From contig CANMWZ010000001.1 of the NCBI GenBank assembly GCA_947501605.1, forward strand, positions 96,001 to 160,000: a stretch of 64,000 nucleotides of DNA. Reading direction: 5' to 3'. This document shows, piece after piece, positions 59,401-64,000 of the stretch. The first letter of the stretch is position 1. Each line of letters begins with the position of its first letter. This DNA is from Planctomycetota bacterium (GTDB lineage: Bacteria; Planctomycetota; UBA1135; UBA2386). The translations under genes and the position numbers were made by a program. The notes beneath the pieces were generated by a model, which did no database searches, was not told the DNA's origin, and was given only the letters and a program-made list of their open reading frames with translations.

Positions 59401-60059
59401 ACAATCGCTACCTGTCGTGGTACCCGCGCCGTCGCCTGTCGGCCGAACAACTTCGCGATCAAGCCCTGTTCGCCGCGGGCCTGCTGAAGGAGAGCCTGGG
59501 CGGCCCCTCGGTGAAGCCCTACCAACCAGACGGACTGTGGCAGGAGGTCGCGATGTTGCAGTCGAACACGCGCGTGTTCGAACGCAGCGACGGTGACGGG
59601 CTGTTCCGCCGCAGCCTCTACACCTACTACAAGCGTGCGTGCCCGCCGCCGTCGATGCTGACCTTTGACGCGCCGACACGCGAGTCGTGCGTCACGCGGC
59701 GACCGCAGACCAACACTCCGATGCAGGCGCTCGTGCTGTGGAACGACGAGCAGTACGTCGAAGCGGCGCGAAGCCTCGCCGCGCGCGGCTACGTCGAAGC
59801 CAGCGACGATGCCGGTCGCATCGCGGCGATGTTCGTGCGCTGCACCAGCGAGCAACCATCCGCCCCGGCCAGCGCGCGGTTGCTCACTGCACTGCAGCAA
59901 TTCCGAGCGCGCTACGCCACCGCGCCCGACGATGCCGCAAGACTGCTCAGCGTCGGCACGGTGCCGCCACCAGCCGGCATCGCGAAGGAAGAGCTCGCAG
60001 CCTTCACTCTGGTTGCGAGTGCGATCCTCAACCTCGACGCCACGGTGTGCCTGCCATGA
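56460..60059 (+). CDS. Planctomycete cytochrome C / DUF1549 (PSCyt2) / DUF1553 (PSD1) protein
   Basis: YDRDVRPILADRCFKCHGPD, WLDAARYADT, CARCHDHKYDP, DFGMQGEWP, RRSLY, TNTPMQAL; PA14-like insert (GSDDG). Confidence 0.93.
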   Translation: MRFSLASRAVLTLLCSAAAANAQQAPSQGPVARAVRYDRDVRPILADRCFKCHGPDEGARKGKLRLDQREAAVALRDTGAAIVPGDPDASEVWRRITTADSDDAMPPKDSGKAALTAEERAILRTWIEGGGDYERHWSFVAPVRAPVPPLPGPSDARNAVDSFVRLALAERSLQPSDRAAPAVQLRRLFLTLTGLPPEPQDLAGFVADPSNSAYDAWVERLLTEEPWRTRYAERMASPWLDAARYADTSGIHMDAGRQMWPWRDWVLNAFRDNMPFDQFARDQLAGDLWPEATQSQKIATGFHRCHVTTDEGGAIDEEYLVEYAVDRVATTGSVFLGLTLGCARCHDHKYDPITQEDFFSLYAYFRSIDEPGLYSQIPDANRALEPFLRVPSVAQSEREQELKAQLTQIEHDLDVVPPEEATEFAAWQAELVRTAQLSWPPVTTIAATSTGGATLRIDETGAVTASGENPDRDHHVIRLRTEALDLRLLCLQALPAPERQDQRVGRAENGNAVLQSIEVQAISVRDPQQCVTVPLLWAWASHEQQNGDFRVTNTIARENGVGWAVDAHNQPGGERAALYLSDAPFGFEGGTEIVVTLHYDSVYARHTFARVRCSLGTLAETGTDRLPEASSSWFVAGPFEGEREALFDAVHGPESERVLDRNATFAVASKAEPRRWRLDERLRLGAVGDLPDGQNITYVARTVFAPTKRSRELSLGSDDGFRLFLDGQEVAKNRIERGAAPDQDSAKIEFLRGAQLLTMKIVNTGGNGGLYQRPLPRQDELDGDLQAALLPAAAQAPLAERLRTAWRTRFSKGYNDKVQTQRALAASLAELDRQVPRTMVMKERNERRKTYMLLRGAYDQPITDRDIPRGVPKALGSLPQDTPDDRRGLAQWITAPTSTLFARVQVNRLFETMFGTGIVRTSEDFGMQGEWPSNQDLLDWLAVEFQSSGYDVRHIVRLLAQSATFRQDDRATEAARAVDADNRYLSWYPRRRLSAEQLRDQALFAAGLLKESLGGPSVKPYQPDGLWQEVAMLQSNTRVFERSDGDGLFRRSLYTYYKRACPPPSMLTFDAPTRESCVTRRPQTNTPMQALVLWNDEQYVEAARSLAARGYVEASDDAGRIAAMFVRCTSEQPSAPASARLLTALQQFRARYATAPDDAARLLSVGTVPPPAGIAKEELAAFTLVASAILNLDATVCLP

Positions 60060-61534
60060 ACCATCTGGACCCACTCCAGCGCGCGCTGCAGCTGACTCGG
60101 CGACGCTTCTTCGGCACGGCTGCGACCACCATCGGCGCCGCGCTCGGCAGCGTCGCCCTTGCTCACGACTTTGGCTTTGGACCAGCGTCGCTCGGCCAAC
60201 GGCGCAGCGGCGACGGGTCGCGGACACCACGCCCGCACTTCGCCCCCAAGGCCAAGCGCATCATCTACCTGCACATGGAGGGTGGGCCGAGCCAGCTCGA
60301 CTTGTTCGACTACAAGCCGGGGCTCGTAGATCGCTTCGACCAGGACCTGCCGGATTCGGTCATCAATGGGCAACGCCTCACGGGCATGACCTCTGGGCAG
60401 AAGCGCTTCCCCATTGCGCCTTCGGCCTTCGCCTTCACGCGCTACGACAACGGCGGCGATGGCGCCGAGATCAGCGAGCTGATGCCCTACCTCGGCGGTG
60501 TCGCCAAGGAGCTCTGCATCGTGCGCAGCATGCACACCGACGCGATCAACCACGAGCCGGCGATCACGTTCGCCCAAACCGGCACCCAACAGCCCGGCCG
60601 ACCGAGTATTGGGGCCTGGCTCAGCTATGGGCTTGGCAGCAGCAACCGCAACCTGCCGACGTTCGTCGTCATGATCACGCAGGGCTTCGGCAACATGCAG
60701 GCGCTGGCGGCCCGCTTCTGGGGCAGTGGCTTCTTGTCGAGCGAACACCAGGGCTGCAAGCTCCGCAGCAGCGGCGACCCAGTGCTCTACCTGCAAGACC
60801 CGCCTGGCGTCACGAGTCAAGACCGCCGCGCACTGCTCGACCTGACCCACGATCTCGACGCCCAGGAGCTGCAGCGCACTCTCGATCCCGAGATCGAAGC
60901 GCGCATCGCGCAGCAAGAGATGGCCTTCCGCATGCAAACCTCGGTGCCCGAACTGGTCGACCTCTCCGGCGAGAACGACGCGACCATCGCGCTCTACGGC
61001 GAGGAGGCGCGCAAGCCGGGCACCTTCGCCAGCAGTTGCCTGCTCGCCCGCCGTCTGTGCGAACGTGGCGTTCGTTGCATCCAACTCTACATGCGTGGCT
61101 GGGACCAACATGGCGACCTACCGAACGACATGAAGAAGCAGGCGACGGCCGTCGACCAACCGATTGCCGCACTGCTGACCGATCTGCGCCGACGCGGCCT
61201 CCTTGACGAGACGCTGGTCGTGTTCGGCGGCGAGTTTGGCCGCACCGTCTACAGCCAGGGTTCGTTGTCGCGCACCAACTATGGTCGCGACCACCACCCA
61301 CGTTGTTACTCGATGTGGCTCGCTGGCGGCGGCATTCGACCTGGCACCGTCTACGGCGAAACCGACGACTTCTCGTACAACATCGCCAAGGACCCGGTTC
61401 ACGTGCACGACCTGCACGCGACGATCCTGCACCTGATGGGCTTTGACCACGAACGACTGACCTACCGCCACGAGGGCCGCGACTTCCGGCTCACCGACGT
61501 CGCGGGCAAGGTCGTCAAGGGGATCTTGCGTTGA
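60056..61534 (+). CDS. DUF1501 domain protein, Tat-exported
   Basis: TRRRFF signal; AKRIIYL.MEGGPSQLDLFDYKP, GWDQH, GEFGRT, GRDHHP, RLTDVAG. Confidence 0.94.
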   Translation: MNHLDPLQRALQLTRRRFFGTAATTIGAALGSVALAHDFGFGPASLGQRRSGDGSRTPRPHFAPKAKRIIYLHMEGGPSQLDLFDYKPGLVDRFDQDLPDSVINGQRLTGMTSGQKRFPIAPSAFAFTRYDNGGDGAEISELMPYLGGVAKELCIVRSMHTDAINHEPAITFAQTGTQQPGRPSIGAWLSYGLGSSNRNLPTFVVMITQGFGNMQALAARFWGSGFLSSEHQGCKLRSSGDPVLYLQDPPGVTSQDRRALLDLTHDLDAQELQRTLDPEIEARIAQQEMAFRMQTSVPELVDLSGENDATIALYGEEARKPGTFASSCLLARRLCERGVRCIQLYMRGWDQHGDLPNDMKKQATAVDQPIAALLTDLRRRGLLDETLVVFGGEFGRTVYSQGSLSRTNYGRDHHPRCYSMWLAGGGIRPGTVYGETDDFSYNIAKDPVHVHDLHATILHLMGFDHERLTYRHEGRDFRLTDVAGKVVKGILR

Positions 61535-63360
61535 ACGAACCAACCGCGCTGCTCCAGTTCCTTGGCCGCTTGCACCCGTTGGTCTTGCACCTGCCGATCG
61601 GGCTGTGGATCGGCATCGTCGCACTGGAGTTCGGCGGCGCGATGGTGCGCCGCGCACCAGGCCGCGCAACGCTGGCGATCCTGGCTTGGATCGCGGCCCT
61701 CGGTGGCGCCTTCGCCGCGGGCTCGGGTTGGCTGCTGAGTCAGGAGCCCTACACCGGCCAGACGCTGGAACTCCACCGTTGGCTCGGCGTCGCCGCCGCC
61801 GCGATCGGCCTGATCGCCGCCTCCTTTGCCGCGATGCAGACTCGCGGCCCGTTCCGCCTGATGTTGGTTGTCGAGTTCGTCGTGCTGATGGCGGCCGGCC
61901 ATCTCGGCAGCGAGCTCACGCGGGGTTCGGAGTGGCTGTTCGAGCCGTTCGAAAGCACCCCCACCGCGACTACCAGCGGCACCACCGACAAGCCCGCCAC
62001 GGCGAACACGTTTGCGACGGCAATCGAGCCCTTGTTGCAGCGCTACTGCACACAGTGCCACGGTGACAAGAAGCAGAAGGGCGAGCTGGCGCTGCATACC
62101 CAGGCCCTGCTCCTCCTCGGCGGCGAGAACGGCCCCGTGCTGCAACCGGGCAACCCACTGGAGAGTCCGCTCTACGCGCAGCTGCTCTTGCCGGTCACCG
62201 AGGATCTGCACATGCCGCCCGACGGCAAGAAGCAGCCGACGCCAGAGGAAATCGCGTTGATCGGCTCGTGGATCGCAGCGGGCGCCCCCTTTGCGGCCAG
62301 CTTCGAGTCGACCGCGATGCCCACGGTCGCCGCGAAGCCACAGTTGGAGACGCAGAAGGCGACGACGCCCAGCATCGAGCCCGGGTCTACGACCAACGTC
62401 CCACAGCAGCAGCCAACGCACGACCCCGCGCTGCCCCCCGAGTCCGCGCCGGTTAGCCCAGCGCCGATTAGCCCAGCGCCGGTTGGCCCAGTGCCGGTTA
62501 GCCCATCGCCCGAGCCGGTTAGCCCGCCAAAGTCGAATCCGCAGCAACCGGGGGCGGGACTCTCGAGCGACGCCGCGCCGACGCTGCTCGCCGTCACTCC
62601 GAATCCTGACCCTACGACCGCAGGCGCAGCCGCGGTGCCAGAGGTCGAACCGGCACCCGCGCGCGTAGCGGCACCCGCGCGCGTAGCGGCACCCGCGCGC
62701 GCCGCGGCACTCTCGGCGCTGCACAAGCGCCAAGTTCACGCGACGGGGATCGCCGAAGGCGATGACGCTCTCTGGGTCGACTTTGGCCCCATCGCCGCTT
62801 CGACGACCGAAGACGAAGTGCGGACGCTGCTGATCCCAGTCGCGAACCATGTGCAGGACCTCGGCCTCTCGCGCGTGCCGGTGTCGGAGAGCACGTTCGT
62901 GCTGTGTGCGACGATGCCGCAGCTGCAGCGACTCGACCTCCGCAGCACGAAGGCAACCACCGCGATGCTCCGCCCGCTGGCGGGCGCGCCGAAGTTGCGC
63001 GAGCTGGTACTGGCCGATACCCGCCTCGATGACGGCGCCGTTGACGTCTTGCTGGCAATGCCCTCGCTGCGCACTGTCTACCTGTGGAACGCGGGCGTCT
63101 CCGATGCGGCCATCGCGCGCTTGCGTCGCCGTGAGGAACTGTCGGTCGACAACGGCAGCGGCGGCAACCCCACCACCACCGCCACGACCACCAAAGCCGC
63201 AGCCTTGCAGCCGCAGAACACCGTCTGCCCGGTGAGCGGCAAGCCGACCGACAGCCGCTACGTGATCGTGCACGAGCAGCACGTGGTCGGCTTCTGCTGC
63301 CCGAACTGCCCCAAGACGTTCTGGGCTGAGCCAAGCAAGTTCCCGGTCGCGGACCGCTGA
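61531..63360 (+). CDS. Membrane protein: DUF2231-like TM domain, PSCyt1 heme domain, Pro-rich linker, LRR and YHS-like C-terminus
   Basis: GRLHPLVLHLPIG, GHLGSELTRG, CTQCHG, HMPP, LRR-like LQRLDLRST/LRELVLADT, CPVSG...FCCPNC. Confidence 0.85.
   Translation: MNEPTALLQFLGRLHPLVLHLPIGLWIGIVALEFGGAMVRRAPGRATLAILAWIAALGGAFAAGSGWLLSQEPYTGQTLELHRWLGVAAAAIGLIAASFAAMQTRGPFRLMLVVEFVVLMAAGHLGSELTRGSEWLFEPFESTPTATTSGTTDKPATANTFATAIEPLLQRYCTQCHGDKKQKGELALHTQALLLLGGENGPVLQPGNPLESPLYAQLLLPVTEDLHMPPDGKKQPTPEEIALIGSWIAAGAPFAASFESTAMPTVAAKPQLETQKATTPSIEPGSTTNVPQQQPTHDPALPPESAPVSPAPISPAPVGPVPVSPSPEPVSPPKSNPQQPGAGLSSDAAPTLLAVTPNPDPTTAGAAAVPEVEPAPARVAAPARVAAPARAAALSALHKRQVHATGIAEGDDALWVDFGPIAASTTEDEVRTLLIPVANHVQDLGLSRVPVSESTFVLCATMPQLQRLDLRSTKATTAMLRPLAGAPKLRELVLADTRLDDGAVDVLLAMPSLRTVYLWNAGVSDAAIARLRRREELSVDNGSGGNPTTTATTTKAAALQPQNTVCPVSGKPTDSRYVIVHEQHVVGFCCPNCPKTFWAEPSKFPVADR
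62446..62700 (+). repeat. Coding tandem repeats in the Pro/Ala-rich linker (15-bp APVSP x about 5; 18-bp APARVA x about 2.8)
   Basis: gcgccggttagccca units at 62446-62526; cggcacccgcgcgcgtag units at 62651-62700. Confidence 0.8.
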
Positions 63361-63376
63361 CCCGCGAGCGCGAAGT

Positions 63377-64000
63377 TCAGCGCGCAGGCTTCGCGTAGCG
63401 TCGCAAGCGCAAGGCGCGAGCCAGTTGCGGCTGGAGGCGCTCGACCTCTCCTTGGCGCCCGGTGCGGTCAAAGCCGAGACCGCGCAGAAAACGCAGGTGG
63501 TCGCTGCGCGAGAACGAGCACGCGAGCTTTGCCCGGTGCTTCGCGAGGTAGCGGGCCATGCGAACCAACATCGAGTCCTTTTGCGCGACCGTGAGCTTTG
63601 GCGCAACCGACGCGCGATCGAGGTCGACCAGCACCGCACGCACCTTGTCGCCATGCCGACAGACGAGCACGTTGTCCGGGTGGAGATCGCGGTGCAGCAG
63701 TCCGGCGCGGAAGGCGAGCATCACGGTCACTGCCGCGGCTTCGATCGCCCAACGCCGCGCGTGCGGGTCGGCGCCACAGAAGGCAGGTAGCGGCAACGCC
63801 CCATCGAGGCGCTCGGTCAGGAGCCGCAGACGCCAGAAGGTGCGCTGTCGCCGAGCCAGCGCGGCGAGCGGCACTACGACCGGGACGCCGTCTGCTCGCA
63901 TGCGTTCGAGCACCTCGAGTTCGCGGCACACGCGCGCCGGCGCCGGATAGCGATCGCCCAGCAAGGTCCGCAGCGCCCCCCCACGGCGAAACGGTCGAAC
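63377..64000 (-). CDS. Kdo/WaaP-family lipopolysaccharide kinase (partial, start beyond the right edge)
   Basis: Frame is open to the window edge (VRPFRRGGALRTLLGDRY); HRDLHPDNVL, LVDLDRA. Confidence 0.85.
   Translation of the reverse strand, partial: VRPFRRGGALRTLLGDRYPAPARVCRELEVLERMRADGVPVVVPLAALARRQRTFWRLRLLTERLDGALPLPAFCGADPHARRWAIEAAAVTVMLAFRAGLLHRDLHPDNVLVCRHGDKVRAVLVDLDRASVAPKLTVAQKDSMLVRMARYLAKHRAKLACSFSRSDHLRFLRGLGFDRTGRQGEVERLQPQLARALRLRRYAKPAR

Noticed and set aside
11118..62700. CRISPR array
   Set aside because: All repeats found are short tandem units without unique spacers, and there are no cas genes.
61462..63654. 730-aa minus-strand ORF with WANRR repeats
   Set aside because: It is the antisense reading of the APVSP coding repeats in the plus-strand gene.
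1..64000. Genome-wide UGA reassignment (Trp or Gly) as the explanation for TGA-TGA at 25727-25732
   Set aside because: TGA clearly acts as a stop throughout the window (ATGA/GTGA overlaps at 6847, 13164, 14084, 15767, 31162, 60056), and Trp is encoded by TGG.

Overview
GC-rich bacterial chromosomal segment, most likely Planctomycetota (inferred from a DUF1549/DUF1553 cytochrome gene, a Tat-exported DUF1501 gene and a PSCyt1 protein in one cluster). Most of it is housekeeping and envelope genes: lnt (partial), moeA, an RND efflux operon with two permeases, agmatinase, folE, a GalT-like gene, gltX, an orphan CheB, crcB, adenosine deaminase, a pentaheme cytochrome, an ECF sigma factor, a complete nqrM-ABCDEF-apbE operon, cysS, a Ser/Thr kinase-ATPase-TPR protein and three tRNAs (CAT anticodon, Ala-GGC, Sec-TCA). 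The main finding is on the minus strand at 24845-25804. A signal-peptide-like ORF runs into two adjacent in-frame UGA codons, followed 11 nt later by a hairpin that fits the bacterial SECIS model. The same frame then continues into a CxxC thioredoxin-like protein. This is a candidate secreted selenoprotein with tandem Sec-Sec at the mature N-terminus, and the ORF track truncates it. tRNA-Sec is in the same window, head-to-head with an EF-P homolog that lacks the usual PGKG loop. Also noted: a 168-bp MITE-like element with CTAG ends, a structured intergenic RNA candidate upstream of agmatinase, a truncated paralog remnant and several unusual domain fusions. All calls come from reading the sequence; no searches were run.
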